From an uncultured Candidatus Saccharibacteria bacterium (lineage in GTDB: Bacteria; Patescibacteriota; WWE3; 2-01-FULL-39-13; JAACPI01): a stretch of 43,186 bases of DNA. Under the pieces are notes generated by a model. That model was not told the origin of the DNA. It worked only from the letters and a program-made list of their open reading frames with translations, and made no database searches. A program made the translations under genes and the position numbers. The DNA lies in NCBI GenBank assembly GCA_964435455.1, contig CAYSYH010000003.1, positions 1 through 43,186 of the forward strand, read 5' to 3'. This document shows, one piece after another, positions 17,141 to 28,407 of this stretch. How positions within the stretch are numbered: position 1 is the first letter of the stretch; every line of letters starts with the position of its first letter.

Positions 17141-18793
17141 TTAATCAAAGGCATTAGCCCCTGCTTTTAAAAAGGCCTTAAACAAAGGATGGGCCTTTCC
17201 AGGACGGCTTTTGTATTCGGGATGTCCTTGAGTAGCTATAAAAAAAGGATGTATATTTGTGGGTAACTCTATAAATTCCACAAAAAAATTATCGGGAGAA
17301 GTCCCAGAAAATATAAAACCATGCTCACTAAGTAAAGACCTATACTTATTATTAAACTCAAATCTGTGTCTGTGCCTTTCACTTATTAATAATTTAGATT
17401 CATCTTTAAAACCTTTATACTTCTTGTATATTTTATAAGCTAATGTATCTTTTTTTAGCAAGCAATCGTAAGCACCCAATCTCATAGAAACTCCATCCCC
17501 TTTTATAACCTGATACTTTTCATTAAAAGGAATACTATGTATTATTTTATATTTGGCAGAAGGCATTACTTCTTCGGTATGGGCATCTTTGATGCCAACA
17601 ACATTTCGTGCATATTCAACACAAGCTAATTGCATACCATAACATAAACCTAAAAATGGTATTTTGTTCTCCCTAGCATACTTTATAGCTTGTATTTTAC
17701 CTTCAACACCTCTAGTTCCCCACCCAATAGGAACTACCACGGCATCTAACCCTTTTAGCTTTTCTATAAACCCCTCTTTTGTAACATTAATTAACTTTAA
17801 ATCTAAATTTAAATTAGTTTCCCAACTAGCATGCTTTAAAGCTTCTATCAACGCATGATAGGCATCGGTAAGCTCAAAGTCATCTTTATTTTTACTTAAA
17901 TACTTTCCAGCAATACCAACTTTTATAGTTTTTGGCTTGGGTTTTTCAATTAGTTTTACTAAATTTGTCCAATTATTTAAATTAATTTTATTTAAACTCA
18001 TATCAAAAAATTTAAGTACTTTTGCATCAAATTTTTGCTTGTAAAACTCTAAAGGAAGCCTATAAATATTATCTAAATCTCGGGCTATTATTACATTTTC
18101 TCCAGGCACACTAGTTTTTGTACCTAACAATTTGCGCCGGCGGGTATCTAAATCAACTTCCGACCGCAAAATTAGAAAGTCAGGATGAATACCCATACTC
18201 ATAAGAACACGAACAGTCATTTGTGTGGGTTTAGTTTTGGGTTCACCTAAATGTTTAGGTATAGGCATATATGAAACATGTACATTTAAAACATTTTTTG
18301 GATATAGGGCCTTCAAATATCTAGAGGCTTCGTAATATAATACATTTTGGTATTCCCCCGCGGTACCACCTATTTCTATAATACAAAAATCTTTTTTGTA
18401 AGCATTTTTCTTTATTCGCGTAACTATTTCTTCTAAAACATGTGGTATGTCTTCTACCGTTTCGCCATTATAATACATAGAACGTTCTTTTTCTAAAACA
18501 GATCTAAATATTTGTCCTTTGGTCAAAAAATTAATTTTTCCCATATTTTCATCGAGCAACCTTTCATAAACGCCTAGGTCCATATCTGCTTCCAAACCGT
18601 CTTCACATAAAAAAGGATCTCCGTGATCAATAGGATTTATTGTGCCAGAATCTTGATTTAGGTAATTTTCACACTTTAAAGGGGAAACCGAGTAACCTCT
18701 AGACTTCAAAAGCATTCCTAAAGAAGCAGCACAAAGACCTTTTCCTAAACCCGAAATAACCCCACCTGAAACAAAAATAAGTTTAGTATTCAT
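17141..18793 (-). CDS. pyrG: CTP synthase
   Basis: MNTKLIFVSGGVISGLGKG, GLCYGMQ, ERHRHRFEFN, ATQGHPE. I chose the start at ATG 18793 (canonical N-terminus). The ORF track extends to 18808, inside rpiB. Confidence 0.9.
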   Translation of the reverse strand: MNTKLIFVSGGVISGLGKGLCAASLGMLLKSRGYSVSPLKCENYLNQDSGTINPIDHGDPFLCEDGLEADMDLGVYERLLDENMGKINFLTKGQIFRSVLEKERSMYYNGETVEDIPHVLEEIVTRIKKNAYKKDFCIIEIGGTAGEYQNVLYYEASRYLKALYPKNVLNVHVSYMPIPKHLGEPKTKPTQMTVRVLMSMGIHPDFLILRSEVDLDTRRRKLLGTKTSVPGENVIIARDLDNIYRLPLEFYKQKFDAKVLKFFDMSLNKINLNNWTNLVKLIEKPKPKTIKVGIAGKYLSKNKDDFELTDAYHALIEALKHASWETNLNLDLKLINVTKEGFIEKLKGLDAVVVPIGWGTRGVEGKIQAIKYARENKIPFLGLCYGMQLACVEYARNVVGIKDAHTEEVMPSAKYKIIHSIPFNEKYQVIKGDGVSMRLGAYDCLLKKDTLAYKIYKKYKGFKDESKLLISERHRHRFEFNNKYRSLLSEHGFIFSGTSPDNFFVEFIELPTNIHPFFIATQGHPEYKSRPGKAHPLFKAFLKAGANAFD

Positions 18794-18794
18794 A

Positions 18795-19250
18795 TTAATA
18801 AACTCCAAATTCTTCTTCTAACTTTACTATTTTTCCAACTCTTCTGGCATGTCTAGGTTCAAAACTAAAAGGGGTTCTTATAAAGACATCTACTATTTTT
18901 TTCACATCATCAAAGTTTAAAAAATCAGATGGTATACTTGCTACGTTACAACCTAAATGCTCCCTAGATTGCTTGGCTATGGAACTATTAAAACAAAGAG
19001 CGCTACGTATCCCCGCATGTTTATTAGCAACTACATCCATACCTACACCACTCCCACAGAACAAAAAACCTAAGTTCCCTTTTTTTAACCTTACCCCTAA
19101 ACAAAGTTCATGGGCATAATCGTTATAGTCATCATCAGATACAAAATCAAAAGCTCCTACATCATAAAAATCCTCATCTAGGCTTTCTAAATATTTACTA
19201 ATTTTTTGTTTCATCTTAAATCCTCTATGGTCAGCTCCTAAATAAATCAT
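18795..19250 (-). CDS. rpiB: Ribose-5-phosphate isomerase B
   Basis: IYLGADHRGF, FLFCGSGVGMDVVANK, RSALC: RpiB/LacAB signature. 151 aa. Confidence 0.85.
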   Translation of the reverse strand: MIYLGADHRGFKMKQKISKYLESLDEDFYDVGAFDFVSDDDYNDYAHELCLGVRLKKGNLGFLFCGSGVGMDVVANKHAGIRSALCFNSSIAKQSREHLGCNVASIPSDFLNFDDVKKIVDVFIRTPFSFEPRHARRVGKIVKLEEEFGVY

Positions 19251-19798
19251 AATATTTGCAAAATAAAAAATATAAAGATAACTAGCTGAGCACCTATTAT
19301 TAGTTGCGCATATTTTTTATCTATGGGTATCTCAAAAGAAGAATACCACATTTTCCACGAATTAGTATATAAAGAAACAACTTGTAAATAAATACTGGTT
19401 AACAAAAAACTAAGGACAATACCTATGGAAAATAAAGAAGTATTTGGAGATAAAATTAATATAAAAGCTATACCTAAAACACCAAGCACTACTAAAATAG
19501 ATCTTAAAACACTATATGACATATCCTTATTGTTTTCGTGAGCAAAAATAAAAGCCCCTTTATAGTTTTTAGCCAATATCAAATTGCGCAAAGTAATAGA
19601 AAAAGGAGAATCGGGATCTAAAATATAAGCATATACAAAATAATCTATTTCATATAAAAAAGGACTTAAAAAAGCACCTAAAAATATTAAAAAATAACCC
19701 AAAATACTTAAAGGATAGTAGGCAATTGCAAGCAACAATGCCACAAAGGCAGAAATTAGAAAATAAAATTTATATATATTAAAAATCTTTACAAGCAT
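19247..19798 (-). CDS. Hypothetical polytopic membrane protein
   Basis: 183-aa ORF with 5-6 hydrophobic segments, 4-nt overlap with rpiB and 1-nt overlap with the upstream ORF. No family recognised. Confidence 0.5.
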   Translation of the reverse strand: MLVKIFNIYKFYFLISAFVALLLAIAYYPLSILGYFLIFLGAFLSPFLYEIDYFVYAYILDPDSPFSITLRNLILAKNYKGAFIFAHENNKDMSYSVLRSILVVLGVLGIAFILILSPNTSLFSIGIVLSFLLTSIYLQVVSLYTNSWKMWYSSFEIPIDKKYAQLIIGAQLVIFIFFILQIL

Positions 19799-20151
19799 TA
19801 TATAGTTTTTTTATTCTTTTCCTGTCTCAATTTTTTTAATTTCCACATAAAAAGTTTTACTTTACTTTTAGGATTATATACAGATTTTGTAAACTCTAAA
19901 GCCTTTTCGAGCAAAATTCTATCTTCATCTTTAGCAAGTTTTATAAAAAGTGAAATTTGATTTTTTGGAGCATCTAACTGTAGAGCAAGCCAATGCCCAT
20001 AAATTTGAAACTCGTGGTTTACATATTTTGTAGTATCTTTTTTTAATTTAAATATTTCTGCTAATGATTTAGCGGTTTTACCCATAAAAAAATGATAACC
20101 TAATAACAAAGAACTGTAAATAAAAGCATAATTAACATCTACTATACCCAC
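19798..20151 (-). CDS. Hypothetical small basic protein downstream of nrdJ
   Basis: 117-aa ORF overlapping the nrdJ 3' end by 20 nt. The alternative start ATG 20085 (MGKTAKSLAEIF..) removes the overlap. Alpha-helical, Lys-rich C-terminus. No family recognised. Confidence 0.45.
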   Translation of the reverse strand: MGIVDVNYAFIYSSLLLGYHFFMGKTAKSLAEIFKLKKDTTKYVNHEFQIYGHWLALQLDAPKNQISLFIKLAKDEDRILLEKALEFTKSVYNPKSKVKLFMWKLKKLRQEKNKKTI

Positions 20152-22708
20152 AAGTCAAACATTTAACGCAACCCTCTGTTACAATTAGAGTCATATTGCC
20201 ACATCCAGGACATACCGAAGCATTCTTAAAAGATGGGGAAGTTATTTTAGAGCTTTTTACAGAAGAGCTCAACATTTCCCTTTTAGTAGGTTCCGCACTA
20301 TTGTTAGCCTTAGAAATAAGTTTTATTGCTTTAGAATCTTTATCTTTTATATTTTCTTCCAATTTTGTACTTAATTGAAGTTCCTTATATAAAACCTTAC
20401 TTACTGCATCGGGTAAACTACTTACCCTAGAAGCACCAAAACCAATAGAACTAGAACCTCCTATTCCTCTTAATTCTTCTACTATTTCTTCTAAAGAGGC
20501 ATCCGGATTGGTAGAAGACCTTAGCCAACCGCTAATTAAACGCCCAAGTGCCTCAGCCATAGCAGATATATCAGTACCTGCCTTACCTATAGAAACAAAA
20601 ACCTCAAAAGGTTCTGTATTAGTATCCCCATTACGATTTACTGTAACATATGCTTTGCCAAAGGGGGTTTCTATACGATGAGTCCGGCCATAAACCACTT
20701 CTGGGCGAATCTTTTTTTCTACAGGAACAGCTTCTGTATGTGCAAAATTATCAGATCTCTTTTTAACAGTTTCCTTTGTTTCTAATACCACTTCTTTTCG
20801 AGAGCCTGTAACATACACTGTTAATCCTTTACAACCAAGTTCCCAAGCCTGCATATAAACTTTTGCAACGTCTTCTTTGGTAGCAGTCTCTGGAAAATTA
20901 CAGGTTTTAGAAATAGAATTATCAACAAATCTTTGAATACTTGCTTGCAACATAACGTGTTCTTCTGGCTTAATATCGGAAGAAACTACAAAAGTATTTC
21001 TAATATCCTGTGGAATATTTTGCAAGTGTTGTATGGTGCCTTTCTCAATGGCTTCATTTACTATTTTTCTTTTCTCTTTTTCCGACAAAGAAGATGCATC
21101 TAAAGCTTTTTTAAAAGAAGGGCTAACATATGTAAGTTGTAAGTTTTCCTCTTGGCCTGCCGATTGATATACGTTTCTATAATAAGCTAAGGCAAAGACA
21201 GGTTCGCATCCATAACCCTCTATATCAAAAACTGTGGAAGTAGTACCTGTAGGGGCTACGGTCATTTGTGTGGAGTTTCTTATTCCATAATTTTTTATTC
21301 CATCTACTATTTTATTCCAATTTAAATTAGGTCTATTTAAGTCTAATTCATAATCTACTAAGGGTGTGGGTGGTTCCCATTTAAGATTTTCTGGATCATA
21401 AATGCTACCAATAATTCCAGGAAATGCCCCTTTTTCCTTGGCAAGTTCAATGCTAGTTTTCATAGAATAATATCTAATAAACTCAGTCACTTGTGAAGCA
21501 AAATCATAACTCTCTGTACTACCATAACGTATTCCTAATGCATACATAGCGTCGGCTAAACCTAAAAAACCTAAACCAATTCTACGATTTTTAAGGGCGG
21601 CCTCCTTTAGTTGAGGAACCGCTGGAACATAAGCATTTTGAGTTACAACATCATCTAAAAACCTAGTCCCAAGTATTACACTTTCCTTTAGGTGTTCCCA
21701 ATTTATCTTTCCATCTTCTACAGAAGCAAATATATTTACATGTCCTAAACAACAATTTTCATAAGGACCTAACCATTGCTCTCCACAAGGATTGGTGGCT
21801 TCCAAAGTATATTGGTTTGGAACCGGGTTATACTTATTAGCAGTATCTATAAAAAGGGCCCCAGGCTCACCATTCTTATATGCTTGCTCAACAATCTTAT
21901 CAAAAAGTTCTCGAGCCTTAACAGTCTTCCATACTTTACCATCTCTTGGATTAACTAAATTAAAATCATTATCAGCTTTTACAGCCTGCATAAAGTCATC
22001 TGTTAATGCAACTGAAATATTAAAATTGGTCACATTTCCTTCCTCTGTTTTACAAGTTATAAAATCATAAATATCTGGATGATTTACTCTTAAAACCCCC
22101 ATATTTGCACCACGTCTTGTCCCTCCTTGTGCTATTTTTCCAAAAGCGGAATCGAAGGCTTCCAAAAAGCTTATAGGACCGCTAGCCTTCCCTTTGCTTT
22201 TAGATATAAGATCTCCCTTTGGTCTTAGTTTACTAAAAGAAAAACCATTTCCGCCTCCTGTTTGCTGAATCAATGCGGCATCTCTTAAAACTTGAAAAAT
22301 ACCTCCTGGCTCTTTGCCCATATCATCTTCTAAAGGTAAAACAAAGCAAGCAGCTAGTTGCCCTAAAGGAGTATCTGCTCCTGTCCAAGTAGGGGTATTA
22401 GGAATAAACCTCTTTTGCTTAATCAAATTTGTAAATAAAAAAGTGTAAGCTTCTTTTAAAGAAGGTGTTGGTTCTCCTTTTGCAACAAAAGATCCAACAC
22501 GATAAATTGCTTGTTCTATAGACTCAATGGGATTACCTTTGGAATCTTTTAAAGAGTAACGGCGTTTAAATATTTCCAAAGCATTTTTACTTAAATCAAC
22601 TTTTTTTATGGATTTAATTGTTTTAAACTTTTTTAAAAGTTTTATTTTTGGTTTTTTGAGTAACATATACTTAAATTTAAATTTTAAATTGTTAATAAAT
22701 AAAACCAA
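20132..22708 (-). CDS. nrdJ: Class II (adenosylcobalamin-dependent) ribonucleotide reductase
   Basis: [41 protein letters not shown], and a C-terminal Cys-rich tail [17 protein letters not shown]. The ATG at 22666 is an alternative start. Confidence 0.9.
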   Translation of the reverse strand: MVLFINNLKFKFKYMLLKKPKIKLLKKFKTIKSIKKVDLSKNALEIFKRRYSLKDSKGNPIESIEQAIYRVGSFVAKGEPTPSLKEAYTFLFTNLIKQKRFIPNTPTWTGADTPLGQLAACFVLPLEDDMGKEPGGIFQVLRDAALIQQTGGGNGFSFSKLRPKGDLISKSKGKASGPISFLEAFDSAFGKIAQGGTRRGANMGVLRVNHPDIYDFITCKTEEGNVTNFNISVALTDDFMQAVKADNDFNLVNPRDGKVWKTVKARELFDKIVEQAYKNGEPGALFIDTANKYNPVPNQYTLEATNPCGEQWLGPYENCCLGHVNIFASVEDGKINWEHLKESVILGTRFLDDVVTQNAYVPAVPQLKEAALKNRRIGLGFLGLADAMYALGIRYGSTESYDFASQVTEFIRYYSMKTSIELAKEKGAFPGIIGSIYDPENLKWEPPTPLVDYELDLNRPNLNWNKIVDGIKNYGIRNSTQMTVAPTGTTSTVFDIEGYGCEPVFALAYYRNVYQSAGQEENLQLTYVSPSFKKALDASSLSEKEKRKIVNEAIEKGTIQHLQNIPQDIRNTFVVSSDIKPEEHVMLQASIQRFVDNSISKTCNFPETATKEDVAKVYMQAWELGCKGLTVYVTGSRKEVVLETKETVKKRSDNFAHTEAVPVEKKIRPEVVYGRTHRIETPFGKAYVTVNRNGDTNTEPFEVFVSIGKAGTDISAMAEALGRLISGWLRSSTNPDASLEEIVEELRGIGGSSSIGFGASRVSSLPDAVSKVLYKELQLSTKLEENIKDKDSKAIKLISKANNSAEPTKREMLSSSVKSSKITSPSFKNASVCPGCGNMTLIVTEGCVKCLTCGYSRC

Positions 22709-22714
22709 ATTAAT

Positions 22715-23161
22715 TTAACTTTCTAGTTTTTTGATTTCGTTTTTGAACTCGTCCACATTCATAAAATCTAAAAAAACGCTCGCAAACCTTAAGTAACTAA
22801 CTATATCTCTATTTTTTAACCTAGTCAAAACCATCCTGCCTATATCTCCCGTGGAAACTTCTGTAGACTTCCTTTTCATTAACCTAAACTCGATATCATC
22901 TACTATCTTTTCTACTTCTTCATCAGTTAACCTTTTTTGTACCGAAACTAAAATACCTCGAGTAAGCTTTTCTCTATCATAAGATTGTAAAGAACCATCT
23001 TTTTTTACTACTTTTAAATCTATAGATTCAACACGCTCATATGTTGTAAATCTTTTTTTACAAGATAGACATTCGCGCCTTCTCCTACTAACAGGCTCAT
23101 TATCAAAATCCCGCTTATCTACAACTTTGGTTTTTAAATTATGGCAATAAGGGCAAATCAT
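22715..23161 (-). CDS. nrdR: Transcriptional repressor NrdR (zinc ribbon plus ATP-cone)
   Basis: MICPYCHN..KVVDKR, RRRRECLSCKKRFTTYE, then an ATP-cone. It lies immediately upstream of nrdJ with a 6-nt gap. Confidence 0.9.
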   Translation of the reverse strand: MICPYCHNLKTKVVDKRDFDNEPVSRRRRECLSCKKRFTTYERVESIDLKVVKKDGSLQSYDREKLTRGILVSVQKRLTDEEVEKIVDDIEFRLMKRKSTEVSTGDIGRMVLTRLKNRDIVSYLRFASVFLDFMNVDEFKNEIKKLES

Positions 23162-23195
23162 AAATACTACATTTTGTACTACAAGCTATATTTAA

Positions 23196-23211
23196 ACACA
23201 ACTTATTGTGT
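23196..23211. promoter_or_regulatory. NrdR-box-like 16-bp palindrome ACACAACTTATTGTGT in the nrdR-nrdJ promoter
   Basis: The ACAC/GTGT arms and AT-rich core match about 14 of 16 positions of the published NrdR-box consensus acaCwAtATaTwGtgt (recalled from memory). It fills the spacer between a minus-strand TTGAAA (plus 23214-23219) and an AT-rich -10 region (about 23186-23195). Confidence 0.55.
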
Positions 23212-23324
23212 TTTTTCAAGGATAACTTATTTAGAATATAATATTTGTTATGAAATATAGAAAATCAAATAAAATAAAATTTAATAAGCCTATTTAAAGG
23301 AAAAAAAACACTAATAAAAATAGA

Positions 23325-24380
23325 CTATATAAATTTGGGGGTTTTTTGTCGTAAAGTATTTTTTATATAGGTTAAAACTTTTTCGGGAGTGCGTAAATTA
23401 AGGTCTGCTATTAAAGCTCCAGCAGCAGCATCGTGACCATTTCCTCCTAAATATCTAGCAACTTCCCCTACATTTATTCCTCCAGGACTAGATCTTAAAG
23501 AAATACGCCAACCTAAATTTTTATAAGGACGTACATAAAAACCCCAAATTGCTCCTTCTAAAGATTTTAAATAGGGCTTAAATAAAAAAGTTGCTTTAGA
23601 AACATCCGATTCCTTGAAGTCTTGAACATCATCAATACTAAGGAAAGTAAAAACATACGAAGGCCAATTTCCAAAAGGCTCATGTATAGCTAAATTTTTT
23701 AAAAGTTTAGACAAAATAGATAAATGTGTTGAAGTGTTTTTATAGATAGAAGTTAATACTTTATCTGGATAAATATTTCCTTTTTTTAAAATAATTGAGG
23801 CATCTAACAACGCTTTAAAATCTTTAGAACCGTTTAGATACCTAAATCCACCTGTATCAGAATAAATACCAACATAAATCAATTCTAAAATTTCAGAGGG
23901 TACTTCATCTAATGTACCCTTAAAAAGTAAATCATATAATAGGTGGGTATTTGCCACATAATCTATATTGGGTTTAGTCAATAATAAATCCCAATTATAT
24001 TTAGTATTGCCAAAGTGGTGATCAAAACAAACTGTAGTCAGATTTAGTGAATGAATCTTTTGAGACTTAAAAGATACTCTATCAAAATCCTGTACGTCTA
24101 CTAATATAAAAGTATCCCCCTGTCTTAATTCATCAGCTACATCAATAACAAATTTTACATTCTTATACGAAGAAAAATATTCCCAATCTTTTACATAATC
24201 ACCCGTATAAAAAATAAAAACAGGCAAGTTTGGGTATGATTTTTTAATATAATAACGTGTTAATAAAGTTGAGGAAATAGAGTCCGAATCAGGATTTACG
24301 TGCGAAGTAATTACAACTCGTTTAGAATTTTGCAAAATTCTATCAAAAGAATTCTTAAATTTGCCTAATAAGGGGGACAT
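23325..24380 (-). CDS. DHH/DHHA1-family phosphoesterase (NrnA-like)
   Basis: ITSHVNPDSDSISS (DHH motifs I/II), VCFDHHFG (DHH), GGNGHDAAAG (DHHA1 GGGH). Confidence 0.8.
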   Translation of the reverse strand: MSPLLGKFKNSFDRILQNSKRVVITSHVNPDSDSISSTLLTRYYIKKSYPNLPVFIFYTGDYVKDWEYFSSYKNVKFVIDVADELRQGDTFILVDVQDFDRVSFKSQKIHSLNLTTVCFDHHFGNTKYNWDLLLTKPNIDYVANTHLLYDLLFKGTLDEVPSEILELIYVGIYSDTGGFRYLNGSKDFKALLDASIILKKGNIYPDKVLTSIYKNTSTHLSILSKLLKNLAIHEPFGNWPSYVFTFLSIDDVQDFKESDVSKATFLFKPYLKSLEGAIWGFYVRPYKNLGWRISLRSSPGGINVGEVARYLGGNGHDAAAGALIADLNLRTPEKVLTYIKNTLRQKTPKFI

Positions 24381-24388
24381 AAATATTA

Positions 24389-26284
24389 TTACATGGAAAT
24401 TGATTCTTTTTTACCCACAAGTTTTTCAAAATCATCCTGTTCTAAAGTTTCTACATCTAAAAGTTTCTGGGCCACTAAATCTAATTGTTTTTTATGTTCA
24501 CGTAAAACTTTTTCGGCTAATTTTTTAGAGGAATTTATAATTTTAGATACTTCCTCATCAATTTTTTCTGCAGTTTTTTCACTATAATCTATATGCCTCC
24601 CTACTTGTTTTGCTAACCAAATACGCTCTTCAGATTTTGAAAAATTAATAGGGCCTAAGCTACTCATACCAAACTCTGTTACCATTTTTCTAGCTATATC
24701 TGTAGCACGCAATATATCATTACTAGCACCAACACTTTGCTCTTTAAAAAATAATTCTTCTGCGACTCTCCCACCAAGCATCATAGCTATCATTTGAATA
24801 AGTTTTTCTTTATCATAATTTTCGTAATCTTTTTCAGAAGTAATATCGGTATGACCTAAACTATTGGTTCGGGCAACAATACTTATTCTGCGCACAGTAT
24901 CAGTTTTTGGTAAAAAATGAGCCACAAGGGCATGACCAGCTTCGTGATAGGCAGTAACCTTTTTTTCATGCTCATCTTGTAACAATCTTCTTTGAGGACC
25001 TAACCTTACCTTGACGGCAGCTTCGCTAAAATGTTTAAACTGTATATATTTGCAATTTTCACGAGCAGCTAAGATGGCCGCTTCATTTATCATATTCTCA
25101 ATATCGGCACCGCTAAATCCTACCGTCATTTTAGATAATCTATCAATATCTAATGATTTATCATATTTTACTCCTCTAAGATGAATTTTTATTATTTCCT
25201 TTCTTTCTTCCAAATTAGGCAATGTTAAAGTTATTTTTCTATCAAACCTACCAGGTCTTACTAAAGCAGGGTCCAACATATCTGGCCTATTTGTAGCGGC
25301 TAAAACAATTACATTAGTATTTTTGTCAAAACCATCCATTTCAACTAAAATTTGATTTAAGGTTTGTTCTCTTTCATCATGACCTCCACCTATACCCATA
25401 CCTCTTTGGCGACCGATAGAATCAATTTCATCAATAAAAATTAGGGAAGGGGCTGTGTTTTTAGCTTTTTTAAATAAATCACGCACTCTTGCAGATCCTA
25501 CTCCTACAAGCATTTCCATAAACTCACTACCTGCTACACTATAAAAAGGCACATTTGCTTCTCCAGCGATAGCTCTAGCAATTAAAGTTTTACCAACTCC
25601 TGGAGGCCCTATTAATAAAGCTCCCTTTGGTATCCTTGCTCCTAGTTTTCTATATTTTTTGGGATGCTTCAAAAAATCTACAATTTCAAACATTTCTTTT
25701 TTTACTTCCTCAGCAACAGCAACATCTCTAAAAGTAGTCTTTTTTGCTTTAGTTTTGTCAAATAGTTTAGCACGGCTTTTACCAAAATTAAAAATATCAC
25801 CAGGTCCACCTCCTCGACCTCTAAACATAGAAAATATAAAAAATATAAAAACACCAAAAACTAATAAATTAAGTAACCCACTAAAAATACCCGAATAATC
25901 AACCGGCTCAACCACTTCAATTACAGGAACTTTTTTATCTAAACCCTTATCACTTAAATAGGTTATAAAATCTGTATTTTGGGGAACATAAGTAATTATA
26001 GGAGCACTGCCATCTTTTAAATAAGCTTTTACTTTTGTACCGTCAAATTCTATTTTTTCAACCTTTTCTTGTTCTATTTGATAAACTAATTCAGAAAAGG
26101 GAGCTGTTTTAGAGGAAAAAGATGAAGTAAAAATAGTACTTAAGATAATCCAACCAACAAACAAAAACAATAAAACAATAAAAATATTTGGCTTCTTGAA
26201 GCCTTTTTCTTTTAAAGGGGCGGGGACATCTTTAATGAATTTCTTTATATCTTTTGATTTTTTTAAATCTTTCTTAAAAAACAT
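24389..26284 (-). CDS. ftsH: ATP-dependent zinc metalloprotease FtsH
   Basis: Two N-terminal TM segments, [16 protein letters not shown]-like LIFIDEIDS, the second region of homology ([20 protein letters not shown]), HEAGHA zinc site. Confidence 0.95.
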   Translation of the reverse strand: MFFKKDLKKSKDIKKFIKDVPAPLKEKGFKKPNIFIVLLFLFVGWIILSTIFTSSFSSKTAPFSELVYQIEQEKVEKIEFDGTKVKAYLKDGSAPIITYVPQNTDFITYLSDKGLDKKVPVIEVVEPVDYSGIFSGLLNLLVFGVFIFFIFSMFRGRGGGPGDIFNFGKSRAKLFDKTKAKKTTFRDVAVAEEVKKEMFEIVDFLKHPKKYRKLGARIPKGALLIGPPGVGKTLIARAIAGEANVPFYSVAGSEFMEMLVGVGSARVRDLFKKAKNTAPSLIFIDEIDSIGRQRGMGIGGGHDEREQTLNQILVEMDGFDKNTNVIVLAATNRPDMLDPALVRPGRFDRKITLTLPNLEERKEIIKIHLRGVKYDKSLDIDRLSKMTVGFSGADIENMINEAAILAARENCKYIQFKHFSEAAVKVRLGPQRRLLQDEHEKKVTAYHEAGHALVAHFLPKTDTVRRISIVARTNSLGHTDITSEKDYENYDKEKLIQMIAMMLGGRVAEELFFKEQSVGASNDILRATDIARKMVTEFGMSSLGPINFSKSEERIWLAKQVGRHIDYSEKTAEKIDEEVSKIINSSKKLAEKVLREHKKQLDLVAQKLLDVETLEQDDFEKLVGKKESISM

Positions 26285-26292
26285 TTTACTAG

Positions 26293-26321
26293 AGTATATA
26301 TCCTATAAGCTAAAGACACAA
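26293..26321 (-). promoter_or_regulatory. Putative promoter TTGTGT-17 nt-TATACT (minus strand) for ftsH
   Basis: Plus-strand agtata at 26293-26298 and acacaa at 26316-26321. The -10 ends 8 nt before ATG 26284, and there is no SD. Confidence 0.35.
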
Positions 26322-26348
26322 TATACAAGTTAGGAACAAAATAAATAC

Positions 26349-27365
26349 CTATTTAAAATAAGATAATCCTATGACTTCTTTGACTTTAGATACTATTTCA
26401 TTACTTATTCCCACAACTTTTTGTGTACCTTCGTACAAAATTTCGTTAACTAAACCCTCTTTAGAAGCATAATAAGCTCTCTTTTGCCTAATAGGTTCCA
26501 AAAAATCATTTAATACCTTAAACAATTTTTGTTTTACTTCTACATCTCCTACTTTTCCCTCCCTGTAACGCTTTTTTAAATCTTCTACTTCAGCTTTATT
26601 AGGATTAAAAGCTTCGTGATAAATAAAAACAGGGTTTCCTTCTACTTTCCCGGGATCTGTTGCTCTCAATCTATTAGGGTCCGTATACATTTTAAAAACC
26701 TTTTCTTTTAGAATATCCTCTGAGTCAGAAAGATATATTGCATTGTTTAAACTTTTGCTCATTTTAGAACTACCATCAATACCAGGTAATCTAGATATTT
26801 TTGTAAGCCTTCCGTTGGGAATATTAAATATGTCAGTATTATATAAATTATTAAACTTTCTTATAATATCTCGGGTTAATTCTATAACAGGCATTTGATC
26901 ATCTCCTACTGGAACCAAGTGTGCATTTACTGTCATAATATCGGCAGCTTGATGCACCGGGTAAGAAAAAAAACCTAAAGGAGTGGATTTTTTAAACTCT
27001 TTTTTATTTCTTCTCTTCTCTTTAAGTTCCTCCTTTAAAGTGGGATGGTGTTTTAAACGTTCTAAAGAAACAAGATTAGAAAAATAAACAAAAAGTTCAG
27101 CTGTGGCAGGTATTGCAGACTGTATATAAAAGGTAACCTTTTTAGGATCAAGACCTATAGAAAGATAATCTAAAAGAAGCTCTTTGACATTATTTTTTAC
27201 TTTTTGTGGATTATCAAAATTATCAGTTAAAGCCTGCACATCAGCAATTATAATATAGGTATCGTATTTACTTTGGAGCTCTAATCTCTGAGATAATGAC
27301 CCAACATAATGACCCAAATGTAAAGGACCTGTAGGCCTATCTCCTGTTAAAATTCTTTTTTTCAT
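26349..27365 (-). CDS. trpS: Tryptophan--tRNA ligase
   Basis: [16 protein letters not shown] (HIGH), VPVGDDQ, SKMSKS (KMSKS). 338 aa. TATAAT (minus strand, 27375-27380) lies 9 nt upstream. Confidence 0.9.
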   Translation of the reverse strand: MKKRILTGDRPTGPLHLGHYVGSLSQRLELQSKYDTYIIIADVQALTDNFDNPQKVKNNVKELLLDYLSIGLDPKKVTFYIQSAIPATAELFVYFSNLVSLERLKHHPTLKEELKEKRRNKKEFKKSTPLGFFSYPVHQAADIMTVNAHLVPVGDDQMPVIELTRDIIRKFNNLYNTDIFNIPNGRLTKISRLPGIDGSSKMSKSLNNAIYLSDSEDILKEKVFKMYTDPNRLRATDPGKVEGNPVFIYHEAFNPNKAEVEDLKKRYREGKVGDVEVKQKLFKVLNDFLEPIRQKRAYYASKEGLVNEILYEGTQKVVGISNEIVSKVKEVIGLSYFK

Positions 27366-27431
27366 GGCAAATTAATTATAACACAGTAAATAAATACCAA
27401 TAAGACCAATGGTTTTTAGACAAGAAAAGTG

Positions 27432-28388
27432 CTATTTCTTACTTTTATTATAGGAAACGTAAAGCTTATTTTTCACCCATTTAACAAAAAACCATATAAA
27501 TAACAAAATAGGTGAGTACACAATTAACCATACAAGTAAAGATATAAATAATCTTGCAGTTTTAATTAACGATCTTACTGCTTTATTAAAAACAGTTCTA
27601 ATGTTCCAATTATCTTTAGGTATATAAGGCAAAGAATATTCATCTGTTGATAAGTAAAAAGTAACTTTAACCGTTTTAGAAACTTCATTTAGGTAATTTT
27701 GCCTACCTTTTAATGAATCTATACGTTGCTGTAAAGATAATATTTTATCTTGTACCTTTAAGATGTCACTTACCTCAGTTGCTTGTTCCATTATTCGCTC
27801 AAAACGCTTTTTGTTTTTATTGAGTACTTCTAATTTTTCAGTAATATCCTCATATTGGTCAGATATATCTGAAAGGTTTTCAAATTCGCTTACAACCTCC
27901 AAACCAACTTTTTTAGAAGATACTAAAAAACCCTCTTTAACATCTTTGGGAATACGTACACTAATTGTAGAATAAGAATAAGGGGAACCTTCTTTAGAGC
28001 GGGTATTTACATTTTTAAACACAACAAATCCCCCCATATTTTTAGACATAGAAGTAATTTCTTCTACTGCCCTAGGCACATTTTTTACTTTTAGAGAAAC
28101 AACAATATCCTCTTTTGTTTTACGCGCAGTAGTCCTGTCTATAAAAACACTTTCGGGTTCTTGAACAACCCCATTACCCTCACTTAAAAACCCTAAAGGG
28201 GATGTATTATATTTTCTAATACTATTAATACTATTACTAGGATATCCAGAAACAGTATCTTGGTAAAGTATAGGTCCCTTTTTGAAAATTAAGACTAAAA
28301 GTATAATAAAAATGAAAAAAGAAAATAGAAAGCCAATAAGCAGGGCAAACAAAGGTTTTCTTAAGTAGTCAAAAAATTTTGATATCAT
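27432..28388 (-). CDS. DUF4349-like membrane protein (N- and C-terminal TM segments, central coiled coil)
   Basis: The architecture (TM, beta-rich region, coiled coil QDKILSLQQRIDSLKGRQNYLNE, C-terminal TM) matches my memory of DUF4349. Not verified by HMM. Confidence 0.5.
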   Translation of the reverse strand: MISKFFDYLRKPLFALLIGFLFSFFIFIILLVLIFKKGPILYQDTVSGYPSNSINSIRKYNTSPLGFLSEGNGVVQEPESVFIDRTTARKTKEDIVVSLKVKNVPRAVEEITSMSKNMGGFVVFKNVNTRSKEGSPYSYSTISVRIPKDVKEGFLVSSKKVGLEVVSEFENLSDISDQYEDITEKLEVLNKNKKRFERIMEQATEVSDILKVQDKILSLQQRIDSLKGRQNYLNEVSKTVKVTFYLSTDEYSLPYIPKDNWNIRTVFNKAVRSLIKTARLFISLLVWLIVYSPILLFIWFFVKWVKNKLYVSYNKSKK

Positions 28389-28407
28389 ATAAAACTAATA
28401 GTTATAA

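Noticed and set aside
20132-20225. Cys-rich C-terminal tail of NrdJ ([17 protein letters not shown]) as a fused novel zinc-finger domain.
   Set aside because: Cys-rich C-terminal tails and zinc-ribbon-like ends are a known feature of many class II RNRs, where they act in re-reduction of the active site. This is not unusual.
23165-23181. Second NrdR box expected about 31 bp from the strong palindrome.
   Set aside because: No 16-mer here matches the ACAC...GTGT consensus in more than about 10 of 16 positions. Only a short TACA-N3-TGTA inverted repeat is present, so I do not call it as a feature.
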